Shown here one piece after another: positions 9,825 to 20,275 of a stretch of DNA of 64,000 nt (positions within the stretch are counted from its first letter, which is position 1; each line of letters starts with the position of its first letter). A program made the translations under genes and the position numbers. Where the stretch lies: contig CAVQSP010000011.1 in NCBI GenBank assembly GCA_963715985.1, forward strand, positions 160,001 through 224,000. The letters are read 5' to 3'. This DNA is from an uncultured Thermoleophilia bacterium (GTDB taxonomy: Bacteria; Actinomycetota; Thermoleophilia; UBA2241). The notes under the pieces are model-generated. The model saw only the letters and a program-made list of their open reading frames with translations, searched no databases and was not told the origin of the DNA.

Positions 9825-10163
9825 ATGAGCGATGCTCTGCAGCCGAACCCCATGGAGATCATGCGCGGCGCCGCCCCCGAGGGAGCACGCACCTACCTTG
9901 AGCACCGCGCGGCCATCATGGACAACCCGGAGCTCCAGGCCGTCCCCCTCAAGTACAAGCTCCTCGTGGGCATCGGCGTGGCGGCGGCGCTCCAGTCGAG
10001 CACATGCACCGTCCAGTGGAGCAAACAAGCGGTGCAGGCCGGCGCCACGAAGGAGGAGATCGTCGAAGCCATCCTCGTCTCGCGCCTGATGAAGGCGGCG
10101 ACCGTCAATGACACCGTCGCCGACGCGCTGGTGTGGCTGGCCGAAGCGGAGTCGCGTGACTGA
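9825..10163 (+). CDS. carboxymuconolactone decarboxylase / AhpD-like protein
   Basis: KYKLLVGIGVAAAL...C...AVQAGATKEEIVEAI pattern. Confidence 0.8.
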   Translation: MSDALQPNPMEIMRGAAPEGARTYLEHRAAIMDNPELQAVPLKYKLLVGIGVAAALQSSTCTVQWSKQAVQAGATKEEIVEAILVSRLMKAATVNDTVADALVWLAEAESRD

Positions 10164-10301
10164 GGTCCTGTCCATGACGTCGGACTGCGGCAGCTGGTTC
10201 GCAAGCGTAGACTCGGCTGGGCGGGCGAGTCCGCCGAGGCGCAAGCGGATCAAGAACGTCGCCCGCGCGGCTGGACTCTACGACACAGGAGGGCGAACAG
10301 G

Positions 10302-10556
10302 ATGACAGCTGCACATGAAGCGGGCCAGGACTTCGTATGGGGTCCGACCCTGGACGAGTCGGCGTGCCGCGAGGACTGCAGCACCTGCATCGACTTCTGT
10401 CAGAACGGCGTGTACGACTGGGTCGACGGTCGCGTGCGCGTTGTGCAGCGGAGCGCGTGCATGGAGGGCTGCTCCCACTGCGCCACGCTCTGTGAGGCGG
10501 GTGCGCTGACGTTTCCCTCGCTCGAGGAGCTGCGCGCCGCCCGACGGACGAGCTGA
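10302..10556 (+). CDS. 4Fe-4S dicluster ferredoxin-like protein
   Basis: C-x3-C-x2-C-x3-C twice (CREDCSTCIDFC, CMEGCSHCATLC). Confidence 0.82.
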   Translation: MTAAHEAGQDFVWGPTLDESACREDCSTCIDFCQNGVYDWVDGRVRVVQRSACMEGCSHCATLCEAGALTFPSLEELRAARRTS

Positions 10557-10561
10557 CAGCT

Positions 10562-11711
10562 GTGGAGCATCCCGACGCCGACCGCCTGCGCAAGGTCTAC
10601 GTCGAGCCCACCAACGCCTGCAACCTCGCCTGCACGACGTGCGTGCGCCACGCCTGGGACGAGCCTGAGGGCTTCATGGCGTGGGAGACCTTCGCGGCGA
10701 TCGTCGATGGGCTCGCGGAGGCGCCGGCTGAGAGGCCCGCCGGCACGACGGCGGGCGAGCAGGGCACGGTCGCATTCATGGGCCTCGGGGAACCGCTCCT
10801 GCACCCGCGCATTCTGGACATGGTGCGGCTCGCCAAACAGCATGACCTGCGCGCCGAGGTCACGACCAATGCGCTGCTGCTGGATGAGCGGATGGCAGCG
10901 GGCTTCCTCGCCGCCGGCCTCGACCAGCTCGTCGTCAGCATCGACGGCGCCTCCGCGGAGGCCTTCGGCCGCGTGCGCTCCGGCGCCTCGCTCGAGCGCG
11001 TCGTCGAGAACGTGCGCCGGCTGCACGACGCGCAAGGCCCCAACTACGGGCCGGGCACGCGCATCGGCGTCGAGTTCGTGGCCATGCGCTCGAACGTGGG
11101 CGAGCTGCCGGGGCTCGGCCGGCTCGCGGCGCAGCTCGGCGCCACCTTCATCGTCGTCACCAACGTGCTCGCCTACACGCCCGAGCTGCAGGCTGAGACC
11201 CTGTACGACCACCGCGCCAGCTCTCTGAGTCGGCGCCGAGACCTCGGCGGCGCCGCGCTGGCAGTTGCCGGCTTTCGACTGGGACGAGGAGGTGGGCGCC
11301 GCGCTCGGCGAGGCGCTCACCCGCTCCGGCCCCGTGTCGTTCTTCGGCGCCGACCCGGAGGACACCCGCAGCCGCTGTCCCTTCGTGCAGGCCGGCGCTT
11401 GCGCGGTCGCCTGGCACGGTGGCGTGAGCCCCTGCCCGCCGTTGCTGCACACGTACACCTGCTTCGTGCGCGGCCGCGAGAAGAGGATGACGCGCTGGGA
11501 GGTCGGACGGCTGCCGGACGAGCCGCTGGCGGCGATCTGGGCGAAGCCAGACTACACAGCCTTCCGTGATCGTGTCCGCAGCTTCGACTTCCCTCCCTGC
11601 ACCGACTGCGGCTGCGAACTCGCCGAGGCCAACGAAGAGGACTGCCTCGGCAACCCGCACCCCACGTGCGGCGACTGCCTGTGGGCGCGCGGCATCGTGC
11701 GCTGCGCCTGA
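10562..11711 (+). CDS. radical SAM/SPASM protein resembling tungsten-cofactor oxidoreductase maturases (frameshift ~11230)
   Basis: CNLACTTC, GLGEPLLHP; continues in a second frame with CPF..VSPC..FPPCTDCGC..DC.GN..CGDCLWA..C. Confidence 0.8.
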
Positions 11712-11833
11712 CGCCGCGACACCTCGCCCCTTGACCGGCCGCCGTGGTGGCATACCGTCTAGGCGACATGGTCCGCGCTTCGCCGCGGCGACGGCCGCCG
11801 GCGCGACTCATTCGGACCGCTGAAGGATGGCGC

Positions 11834-14095
11834 ATGCGTTCCGACCCGCGCAGCCGAGAGACGAATCAGGGTGACGCGCGCAGCCCCGTGGTCCTGCGGG
11901 CGCTGCGCGAGGGCCGCGACGCCCTCGACGAGCGCGAAGCCAAGGCGCTCCTCGCCGCCTACGAGATAGGCACGCCCCTGGGCACGGTGGTCCACTCGGC
12001 CCAGGAGGCCGCGCAGGCCGCAGAAGCGTTGGGGCGGCGCGCCGTGTTCAAGGCGCTGGGCCCGGACATCCAGCACAAGAGCGACGCCGGCCTCGTGGAC
12101 CTCGACGTACACGACGCCGACACGGCGCGGACGGCCTACCACCGCATCGTCGACCGCGGCGCGGGCCGCGCCACGGGCGGCGTCCTGGTGGAAGAGTGGG
12201 TACCGCACGAGCGCGAGTTCCTCGTGGGCATGCGCCGCGACGAGCAGTTCGGCCCCGTGGTCGCCTTCGGCCTCGGCGGCATCTTCACCGAGGCCGTTGC
12301 CGACGTCTCCTTCGCCCTGCCGCCCCTGGACGACGACACCTGCGCCGAGATGGTGGACGGCCTGCGCACGCGGCAGCTGCTCGGCCCCGTGCGCGGGCTG
12401 CCGCGCGTGGACATGGCCCGGCTCACGCAGATCATCCGGGCCATCGCGCGGATGGCGCAGGACAACCCGGAGATCGCCGAGATCGACGTCAACCCCCTGC
12501 TGGTCGCCGGCGGCGACCTGGTCGCCGCCGACGCGCTGGTGATCCTGCGGCCGCCTGGGGCGGCGAGCGAAGACGCGGCCGTCGGCGAGGGCGAGGCGAC
12601 GGACACGCTGCCGCCTCGCCGCCGCGACCTCGAAGCGGTCTTCGAGCCGCGTTCCGTGGCCGTGATCGGCGCCTCGGAGGACGCGACCAAGTGGGGCGGC
12701 TCGGTGCTGCGCAACCTCATCGACGGGGGCTTCGCCGGCACGCTGTACCCGGTGAACGGTCGGGGAGGGAGCGTCCTCGGATTACCGGCCTACGCCGCTC
12801 TCGCCGACCTGCCCGAGACCCCGGACCTCGCCATCGTGGCGCTGGGCGGCGCGCACGCCGCCGAGGTGGTGGCAGAGGCCGGCCGCCTCGGCGTGCGCGC
12901 GGCCATCGTGATCGCCGCCGGGTTCGGCGAGGCCGGCGGCGAGGGCGAGGGGCTCCAGCGTCAGCTCGCCACCGAGGCCGGCCGCAGCGGCGTCACCATG
13001 GTCGGCCCCAACTGCATGGGCGTGCTGTGCACCAGTGCCCGCCTGAGCGCGATCGGCTTCGTGAAGCTGCGGCCTGACCCCGGCCCGCTCAGCGTGATCT
13101 CGCAGTCCGGCAACATCGGCACCCAGCTCCTGATGAGCGCGGAGCGCCGGGGCGTGGGCGTGGAGAAGTTCGTCAGCAGCGGCAACCAGGCGGCCACCGA
13201 CGCCAACGACTTCCTCGAGTACTTCGCCGGCGACCCGGAGACCGGGGTCGTGATCATGTACCTGGAGAGCGCCGGCGACGGGCGGCGGCTCTTCGACCTG
13301 GCGCGGGCGACGACGCCGCGCAAGCCGGTCATCGTGCTGCGCGGCGGGCTCAGCGCCGAAGGCCGGCGCGCCGCGAGCTCGCACACCGGCGCGTTGGCCG
13401 GCTCCGCGGAGGTCTTCGCGGCGGCGGCGCGGCAAGCGCGCGTCATCACCGCCGCCGACCCCGACGAAGCTCTGGACGTGGCCGCGGTGCTCGCCTACCT
13501 GCCGCGGCCGGCCGGCCCCCGCGTGGCCGTGGTCACGCTCGGCGGCGGCTGGGGCGTGCTGACCGCGGACGCCGTCGCCGCCCACGGACTGCAGCTCGCC
13601 GAGCTCCCGCCGGACGTGCTGGCCGCGGTCGGCGAGCACCTGCCTCCGTTCTGGAGCCACGGCAACCCTGTGGACCTGGTGGCGACGGTCGCGCACGGCG
13701 TGCCCGAGCGCGTCATCGAGCTGGTCGCGCGCAGCGAGGCCGTGGACGCCGTCCTCACGCTGGCCCTCATCGGCAGCCCCAGCAGCGGACGCGCCGGGCA
13801 CGGCGTCGCCGGCGAGTCCGCGGCGGACGGCGCGTTCCCGGAGCTCAACGCCAGAGAGAAGGCGCTCCTCGCGCATGTCGCCGCCGTGATGGACGCCACC
13901 GGCAAGCCCGTGATCAGCGTGCCGCTGACCCCGCTGGACCGCTCCGTCTTCCCCGGCCTGGGAGGCTTCGCGCCGGTGCTCCTCCCCACCCCGTCCGCGG
14001 CGGTGCGGGCGCTGGCGGCGGCGACGTGGTACGCGACGCGTGTGGGCGCCGCCACACCCCAGCGCCTCGACGCCGGCGGGCCGCCGCGCCGCTAG
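11834..14095 (+). CDS. ADP-forming acyl-CoA synthetase (acetate--CoA ligase family), beta-alpha domain order
   Basis: N-terminal ATP-grasp (QHKSDAG, FGPVVAFGLGG, EIDVNPL) then CoA-binding (VAVIGAS, GPNCMG, SQSG, SHTGALAG, NPVDL). Confidence 0.9.
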   Translation: MRSDPRSRETNQGDARSPVVLRALREGRDALDEREAKALLAAYEIGTPLGTVVHSAQEAAQAAEALGRRAVFKALGPDIQHKSDAGLVDLDVHDADTARTAYHRIVDRGAGRATGGVLVEEWVPHEREFLVGMRRDEQFGPVVAFGLGGIFTEAVADVSFALPPLDDDTCAEMVDGLRTRQLLGPVRGLPRVDMARLTQIIRAIARMAQDNPEIAEIDVNPLLVAGGDLVAADALVILRPPGAASEDAAVGEGEATDTLPPRRRDLEAVFEPRSVAVIGASEDATKWGGSVLRNLIDGGFAGTLYPVNGRGGSVLGLPAYAALADLPETPDLAIVALGGAHAAEVVAEAGRLGVRAAIVIAAGFGEAGGEGEGLQRQLATEAGRSGVTMVGPNCMGVLCTSARLSAIGFVKLRPDPGPLSVISQSGNIGTQLLMSAERRGVGVEKFVSSGNQAATDANDFLEYFAGDPETGVVIMYLESAGDGRRLFDLARATTPRKPVIVLRGGLSAEGRRAASSHTGALAGSAEVFAAAARQARVITAADPDEALDVAAVLAYLPRPAGPRVAVVTLGGGWGVLTADAVAAHGLQLAELPPDVLAAVGEHLPPFWSHGNPVDLVATVAHGVPERVIELVARSEAVDAVLTLALIGSPSSGRAGHGVAGESAADGAFPELNAREKALLAHVAAVMDATGKPVISVPLTPLDRSVFPGLGGFAPVLLPTPSAAVRALAAATWYATRVGAATPQRLDAGGPPRR

Positions 14096-14314
14096 GCGCC
14101 GGCGGCGTCCGGCGCGGGCTCAGCGGCGGCGTCCGTACTCCGCCGGCGCCTCCGCCGACCGTTTGGGCAAGGCGGAACGTCATCGCACCCTCAGCCTCAG
14201 AAGGACCACCTGACGACCTCTGGCTCGAGCCACATGGCAGGCTTCGTATTCGACCCTGCGACAGCGTTGGGGTCGCGGCCGGGATGAAGCCGCGCCGGGT
14301 GTGCACTACCATGG

Positions 14315-15604
14315 GTGAGCTTCGTCCTCCGGCAAAGGACCTGTGTGAGACGCTGGATCTCGAGGAGTGCCGCCACGACGACGACCCTGGCCACAGTGGT
14401 CGTGGCTGCGCTCGTCGGCGTGGCCGGGCTCGCCGCCTGCGGGCACGCCGACATCGTCAAGTCGAGCCGCAGGACGCCCGACCCCATCCACATCGGCGCG
14501 ATCTACTGCCTCACGGGCACGCAGGCCTCACTGGACAGCCCGTCCCTGGACGGGGCCCGCCTGGCCGTGGACCGCATCAACTCGGCGGGCGGCCTGCTGG
14601 GTCGCCGCGTGGAGCTCTTGGAGCGCGACGGCCAGTCCAACGCCGGCATCGTGCGCTACGACGCCCAGACCCTCGCCGCGCAGCACGTCACCGCCATGCT
14701 CGGCCTCAGCGACAGCGACCTGGTGCTGGCCGCGGCTCCCGTGGCGGCTCACAACTTCATCCCGTTCGTCACCAGCGGCGCCACATCACCCCAGCTTCCC
14801 GAGGACGTCCCCAACTGGCTCTTCCTCGCCTGCTTCGGCGACAACGAGCAGGCGGCCGCCGGGGCCGAGTTCGCGGTCACCGAGCTGGGCACCCGCCGCA
14901 TCGCCATCCTGTACGACGACGAGATGGACTACACGCGCCTGCTGGCCAGGTACTTCACCAGGAGCATCGAGGCCTACGGCGGCAAGGTCGTCTTCGTGCG
15001 CGCCTTCCACAGCGGCGAGCGCGACGTCACCGAGCTGATGGCACGTGACGCACAGGAAACGGAGGCAGGCGGCACGGCGGAGGTGGGCAGGATGCCTCTT
15101 CGCGCCCACCTCATCTACCTCGCCGCCGGCCCCGGGGACGCGGGGCCGCTCGTGCGCAAGCTGCGCGCCGCCGGCTATGGTCAGCCGATCATGGGCGGCG
15201 ACAGCTTCGACAACTCGCGTCTCGTGAACGCCGCCGAGGGCTCCGGCGGCGGCGTGTACTTCACCACCCACGCCGCCCTGGGCATGCCACACAGCACGGC
15301 GGCCATGCGGCGCTTCTCCACCCGCTACACCTCAGCCTACGGGCGCGCCCCCGAGAACGCGTTCGCGGCCCTGGGCTACGACACCGTCAATCTCGTGGCC
15401 AAGGCGATCCTGCGGGCCGAGTCGGCCGAACCGCAGAAGGTGCGCGACGCTCTGCTCCAGATGCACGCCTTCAACGGCGTGACGGGCGCGATGAGCTACG
15501 CTCGCGACAGCTTCGTGCCGCGCAAAGAGGTGACGATAGTCGCGGTCGGCAACCAGGCCGAACTGGCGGCGCAACTCACGCCCGTCTACATGCCCAAGCC
15601 GTAG
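14315..15604 (+). CDS. LivJ-type ABC transporter substrate-binding lipoprotein
   Basis: LAAC lipobox, INSAGGLLGR, LGYD motifs; start uncertain. Confidence 0.85.
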   Translation: MSFVLRQRTCVRRWISRSAATTTTLATVVVAALVGVAGLAACGHADIVKSSRRTPDPIHIGAIYCLTGTQASLDSPSLDGARLAVDRINSAGGLLGRRVELLERDGQSNAGIVRYDAQTLAAQHVTAMLGLSDSDLVLAAAPVAAHNFIPFVTSGATSPQLPEDVPNWLFLACFGDNEQAAAGAEFAVTELGTRRIAILYDDEMDYTRLLARYFTRSIEAYGGKVVFVRAFHSGERDVTELMARDAQETEAGGTAEVGRMPLRAHLIYLAAGPGDAGPLVRKLRAAGYGQPIMGGDSFDNSRLVNAAEGSGGGVYFTTHAALGMPHSTAAMRRFSTRYTSAYGRAPENAFAALGYDTVNLVAKAILRAESAEPQKVRDALLQMHAFNGVTGAMSYARDSFVPRKEVTIVAVGNQAELAAQLTPVYMPKP

Positions 15605-15703
15605 GCACGGCGCCGGGTCGCGCAGCCAAGCTGGTCCGCGCGCCCGCATGGGCAGCCAGCCGCTCCGCGCATCCGCGCCCGCGCCGCACGACCCCGGCCG
15701 GTC

Positions 15704-16390
15704 TCAGTTCCTGTTGCCGCCGAAGATCGCAAGGAAGTAGATGAGCTGCGCGATGCTGGCGAGCGCGCCGGCCACGTAGGTCATGGCGGCGGCCGTGAGC
15801 GTCTGCCGCACGCCGGCCGCCTCTCCGTCGGTCACCAGCCCGAGCTCCTGCAGCTGCGCCGCCGCGCGCCGCGAGGCATTGAACTCCACCGGCAGCGTGA
15901 CGAGCTGGAAGAGCACCGCGAAGGCGAACACGATCAGCGCCACGGTGATCAGGCCGGCGAACTGGAAGATCAAGCCGGCGATGAGCAGGAAGAACCAGGC
16001 CTGCGAGCCGAAGGCGGCCACAGGCCACAGCGCCGAGCGCACGCTCATGGGCACGTAGGCCTTGGCGTGCTGGATGGCGTGCCCCACCTCGTGCGCGGCC
16101 ACGGCCGACGCGGCCACGGAGCGGCCGGCGAACACGGGCTCGCTGAGGAAGACGGCACGCGTGCGCGGGTCGTAGTGGTCGCTGAGCGGGCCCGCTTTGG
16201 ACGGCTGCACCGGCACGCTGCTCAAGCCGTTACTGTCGAGGATGCGGCGCGCCACGTCGGCGCCGCTGAGGCCGCTGGCCACGGGCAACCGGCTGTTCCG
16301 GCTGAACGTGCTCTTGAGCCACGCCTGCACGGCGAAGCCGACGATCATCGGGACGAGGAAGCAGATCAGGTAGAGGTCGAACGTACTCAT
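15704..16390 (-). CDS. neutral zinc metallopeptidase (YugP-like)
   Basis: LSDHYDP, AAHEVGHAIQ, TLPVEFNASRRA, AAAMTYVA. Confidence 0.9.
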   Translation of the reverse strand: MSTFDLYLICFLVPMIVGFAVQAWLKSTFSRNSRLPVASGLSGADVARRILDSNGLSSVPVQPSKAGPLSDHYDPRTRAVFLSEPVFAGRSVAASAVAAHEVGHAIQHAKAYVPMSVRSALWPVAAFGSQAWFFLLIAGLIFQFAGLITVALIVFAFAVLFQLVTLPVEFNASRRAAAQLQELGLVTDGEAAGVRQTLTAAAMTYVAGALASIAQLIYFLAIFGGNRN

Positions 16391-16542
16391 GCTGCGGACT
16401 CACCTCGCGTCAGTGTCGCGTACGGCGCCAGTGGGGCCGGGTCGGGACGTACTATACCCACGCCGCGAAAAAGGGCGCGGGGCTGCGCGCCCGCTGAGGG
16501 CGGCGTGTTCCGGTCGAGCCGTATTGGGGGGATGATGAGGTC

Positions 16543-17007
16543 GTGGGCGAACTGCACTTCCCCAGACACGAGTACTACATGCGTCTCGCTCTGCGCGAGG
16601 CCGAGCGCGCCGCGGATCACGGTGACGTGCCCGTGGGCGCCGTCATCGTGCTGGACGGCGAGGTCATCGCCGCCGGCGGCAACGAGCGCGAGCTGCGCAA
16701 GAGCCCCCTCGCACACGCCGAGATGATCGCCATCGAGACGGCCGCCAGGTACATGGGCAGCTGGCGTCTGCTCAACACCGTGCTCTACGTCACCATGGAG
16801 CCGTGCCCCATGTGCGCCGGCGCCATCGTGCAGGCGCGCATCCCGCACCTGGTGTACGGCGCCGCCGACGAGAAGGCCGGCGCCGCCGGCACGCTCTACA
16901 ACGTCTGCCAGGACCCGCGCCTCAACCACTGCCTCGAGATCACCAGCGGGGTGCTGGCCGACGAGGCCATCGACCTCCTGCGCGCCTTCTTCGAGGCGAG
17001 ACGCTGA
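16543..17007 (+). CDS. tadA: tRNA adenosine(34) deaminase
   Basis: [24 protein letters not shown]. Confidence 0.92.
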   Translation: MGELHFPRHEYYMRLALREAERAADHGDVPVGAVIVLDGEVIAAGGNERELRKSPLAHAEMIAIETAARYMGSWRLLNTVLYVTMEPCPMCAGAIVQARIPHLVYGAADEKAGAAGTLYNVCQDPRLNHCLEITSGVLADEAIDLLRAFFEARR

Positions 17008-17010
17008 TCC

Positions 17011-17955
17011 GTGTACAACCTGCGCGCGTTCGCGGAACCGGGACAGGTCGAGGAGGTCGTGGCGACCTTGGGAGCGCTGCCGCAGGTCCGCCACGTCGTG
17101 CTCGGGGGTCTCACCGCCGACAGCGGCAAGATGCTCGTGACGGCGGAGGTGGAGGCCGCGTCGGTGGACGAGGCGTTCGCGGCCTTGCGTGTGGCCGGCG
17201 TGCCCGTGGCCGACCTCTCCGTGCACCATGTCGACTACGCGCACCCCGTGGAGCGTGAGGAGATCGACCCGGGCACCCGGGAGCACGACGGCGCCCTCGT
17301 GTGGGCCGAAGTCGCCGACGCGGCCGTGGAGAACGTGGGCCTGCGGCCCGCCTACCTGGCGTACATGACGGTGGCCGGCGTCATCGCCGCCTTCGGCGTG
17401 CTCGAGCGCAGCTCCGTGCTCATCGTCGGCGCCATGGCCGTGAGCCCGGACCTGCTGCCGATGTCGGCCGCGTGCGTGGCCGTCGTGGCGCGACGGATGC
17501 GCCTGCTCGGCGAGTCGCTCGCCACGCTCGTCCCGGGTCTGGCGCTCGTCGTCCTCACGGCCTTCGTGCTGACGAGCGCCCTGCGGCTCTCCGGCCAGAT
17601 CTCGCCGGCCCACGACATCAGCTCCGGCGTCATCGGTGCCCTGGCCACCGTCAACATCGCCACGGTGGGCGTCGCCATCGCCGCCGGGGTGGCCGGCATG
17701 CTGGCCTTCGAGACCAGGGCCAGCTACGCGGTGGGCGTCGCCATCTCCGTGACCACGATCCCGGCGGCGGCCTACATCGGCGTGGCCGCCGGGCTCGAGC
17801 AGTGGGACGGCGCCAAGGGCGCCGTCGAAGTCCTGCTCGTCAACCTCGCGATGCTGTTCCTGGCGGGCATCGTCACCCTCGCGCTCCAAGCCCTGTACGA
17901 ACGACGCCGCGGCCACCGGGCACTGCCCTCACGGCACTCGGGCCGTCGCGGCTGA
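17011..17955 (+). CDS. DUF389-family membrane protein
   Basis: IAAFG..S.VLIVGAMAVSP and GVAISVTTIP motifs. Confidence 0.78.
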   Translation: MYNLRAFAEPGQVEEVVATLGALPQVRHVVLGGLTADSGKMLVTAEVEAASVDEAFAALRVAGVPVADLSVHHVDYAHPVEREEIDPGTREHDGALVWAEVADAAVENVGLRPAYLAYMTVAGVIAAFGVLERSSVLIVGAMAVSPDLLPMSAACVAVVARRMRLLGESLATLVPGLALVVLTAFVLTSALRLSGQISPAHDISSGVIGALATVNIATVGVAIAAGVAGMLAFETRASYAVGVAISVTTIPAAAYIGVAAGLEQWDGAKGAVEVLLVNLAMLFLAGIVTLALQALYERRRGHRALPSRHSGRRG

Positions 17956-17976
17956 CCCACCCGACGAGGAGAGCAC

Positions 17977-19320
17977 ATGCACATCGACGACCTGCGCGCC
18001 GAAGTGGCACGCCTCATGCCGCGCCTGCGCGCCGACCTCGACAGGCTGGTACGCCTGCCTTCGGTGGCCTTCCCCGGGTTCCCCGAGGAGCCGGTCCTGA
18101 AGGCCGCGGACGCGGTCGCGGAGCTGTTCCGCGACGCCGGCATGCCAGAGGTCCGGCTCGTGGACATCGGCGGCGCGCCGCCGGCGGTGTTCGCGGCGCG
18201 CCCGGCTGCGCCCGGCGCGCCCACCGCCCTGCTGTACGCGCACTACGACATCCAGCCGGCGGGCCCCGAGGATGCCTGGACGAGCCCGCCCTTCGAGCCC
18301 ACAGAGCGCGGCGACCGCCTCTACGGCCGCGGCGCCGCCGACGACAAGTCCGGCATCGTCATGCACACCGGCGCCCTCACGCTGCTCGGCCCAGGCTCGC
18401 CCGTGGGCATCAAGGTCCTCATCGAAGGTCACGAGGAAGTCGGCGGCAGCGGCATCGAGGACTTCGTCGCTCTCAACACGGACCTGCTGGCCGCAGACGT
18501 CATCGTGATCGCAGACGCCGGCAACTACGCCCTCGGCGTGCCCACGCTCACCACCTCCCTGCGCGGCATGGCCGCGCTTGACGTGCAGGTCGAGACCCTC
18601 GAGGGCGCCCTGCACAGCGGCCTCTTCGGCGGCCCGGCCCCGGACGCGCTCATCGCCCTCTCGCGGATGATCGCCACACTGCACACCGACGCGGGCGACG
18701 TGGCGGTGGAGGGACTCGGGACCGTGCCCTACGACGGCGCCCAGTACGACGAGGCCGCCTACCGCGCCGACGCGGCGATCCTGCCCGGCGTGGACCTCAT
18801 CGGCGGGGGGACGGTGGCCGAGCGCCTCTTCGTGCGCCCGTCGATCAACGTCATCGGGCTGGACGCGCCGGTCGTGGAAGGCGCCGCCAACGCCCTCGTG
18901 CCCAGGGCACGGGCGCGCGTGAGCGTGCGCGTCGCGCCCGGCCTGGACCCGATCAAGGCGCAGGAGGCGGTCACCCGGCACCTCACGTCCGTGGCGCCCT
19001 GGGGCGTCAAGGTGACGATCACGCCGGGCACGATCGGCGAGGGCTTCCTCGCCGGCGCCGGGGGCCCTGCCTACGCGGCGGCGAGTGACGCCCTCTCCGC
19101 CGCCTTCGGCCGCGACGTCGTGCACTTCGGCGGCGGCGGCTCCATCCCCCTCGTGGCCGCCTTCCTCAAGGCCCAGCCCCACGCGGAGCTGATCCTCTGG
19201 GGCGCCGAGGATCCGCAGGCCCGCATCCACGCCCCCAACGAGAGCGTGGACCTCGGCGAGCTGGAGCGTTGCGTGCTCGCCGAGGCCCTGTTCCTGGACG
19301 GGCTGGGCGAGAAGTGGTAG
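17977..19320 (+). CDS. M20/M25/M40 family metallopeptidase (dipeptidase)
   Basis: YAHYDIQP, GRGAADDKSG, EGHEE, HSG, IHAPNES. Confidence 0.92.
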   Translation: MHIDDLRAEVARLMPRLRADLDRLVRLPSVAFPGFPEEPVLKAADAVAELFRDAGMPEVRLVDIGGAPPAVFAARPAAPGAPTALLYAHYDIQPAGPEDAWTSPPFEPTERGDRLYGRGAADDKSGIVMHTGALTLLGPGSPVGIKVLIEGHEEVGGSGIEDFVALNTDLLAADVIVIADAGNYALGVPTLTTSLRGMAALDVQVETLEGALHSGLFGGPAPDALIALSRMIATLHTDAGDVAVEGLGTVPYDGAQYDEAAYRADAAILPGVDLIGGGTVAERLFVRPSINVIGLDAPVVEGAANALVPRARARVSVRVAPGLDPIKAQEAVTRHLTSVAPWGVKVTITPGTIGEGFLAGAGGPAYAAASDALSAAFGRDVVHFGGGGSIPLVAAFLKAQPHAELILWGAEDPQARIHAPNESVDLGELERCVLAEALFLDGLGEKW

Positions 19321-19414
19321 CGCGCGGCGGGGCTCGAGAGGCGCTCCGCGCGTGCTCCGGGACGTGCAAAGTGGAGGCGGGGCGTCCCGGTTCTCCCCCC
19401 GCGCCCCTCTGACG

Positions 19415-19420
19415 TATACT
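19415..19420 (+). promoter_or_regulatory. probable -10 box of the tRNA operon
   Basis: TATACT ~40 nt upstream of tRNA-Ser in very GC-rich context. Confidence 0.45.
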
Positions 19421-19458
19421 GTTCGTCCGCTCTCAGGGCGGGCGTCGCCGGGCATCAC

Positions 19459-19551
19459 GGAGAGGTGTCCGAGTTGGCTTAAGGAGCGCGACTGGAAATC
19501 GCGTGGGCGGGGTTACCTGCCTCGTGGGTTCGAATCCCACCCTCTCCGCCA
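19459..19551 (+). tRNA. tRNA-Ser(GGA)
   Basis: GGAGAGG acceptor pairs with CCTCTCC; CGCGA-CT-GGA-AA-TCGCG; long variable arm; GTTCGAATC; CCA. Confidence 0.96.
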
Positions 19552-19595
19552 TTTCCCCCTCCACGGGGGAGCCGGCGACCCTGAGACCCCCTCGC

Positions 19596-19690
<95 letters not shown>

Positions 19691-19752
19691 GCAGGGCTTC
19701 TTATGGCCAGTGCTGACATTTCTGACGCCCTCTCGGGGGCGTCTTCTGCTGG

Positions 19753-19773
19753 TTTGGGGCCGGTTTTGGGGCC
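19753..19773 (+). repeat. tandem TTTGGGGCC repeat (possible integrase arm-type sites)
   Basis: 9-bp unit repeated at 12-bp spacing just inside the island's left end. Confidence 0.4.
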
Positions 19774-20275
19774 ATTTCATCGCGACTTCTGCAGCTCCTG
19801 GAGTGCTTGAGCGACGGGGCTGCTGCCGCCGTGAGGGTCGAGAGTCCGAGGTGACGGAGGCCGCGCTAGTGCGATGACGGGCTTAGGACGACCGCGCAGG
19901 AGCTCCCGAGACCCAAGACCAGGATGCGCCATATCGAGACGCTTCTAAGGCAATCCAAGGCCTGTATTCTGGAGGAAGGTGGCCTCCCGACACGCACCTT
20001 CCTGAGACTCCATGACCGCGGCCTTGCGCTTCGCCTTCCTAGCGCTGTACCTCGTCCGGTACGTCCGTCATGAACGCCACCTCCTCCGCACTCATGATGA
20101 GCACGTCGTCTTGGTGGCTTCAAGAATGAGGCAGCAGGATACACTTCAGCATGCCCGCCTCGGCCGGGCCGTTGGCGCACTTGTGGAAGCCGGTCGCTGG
20201 TTGAAGGCTCTGCACCGCACGAGCCCGGCGGATCAGACACTCGAGACCCACCGACATGAATCCAGTCAGGAGGAC

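Noticed and set aside
10562-11711. ArsS/ArsL arsenosugar or arsinothricin enzyme
   Set aside because: The C-terminal Cys pattern is SPASM/W-maturase-like, so the assignment is unsupported without an HMM search.
19780-20270. Integrase remnant next to the tRNA
   Set aside because: No R-H-R-Y or serine-recombinase motif found by eye; the short ORFs are uninformative.
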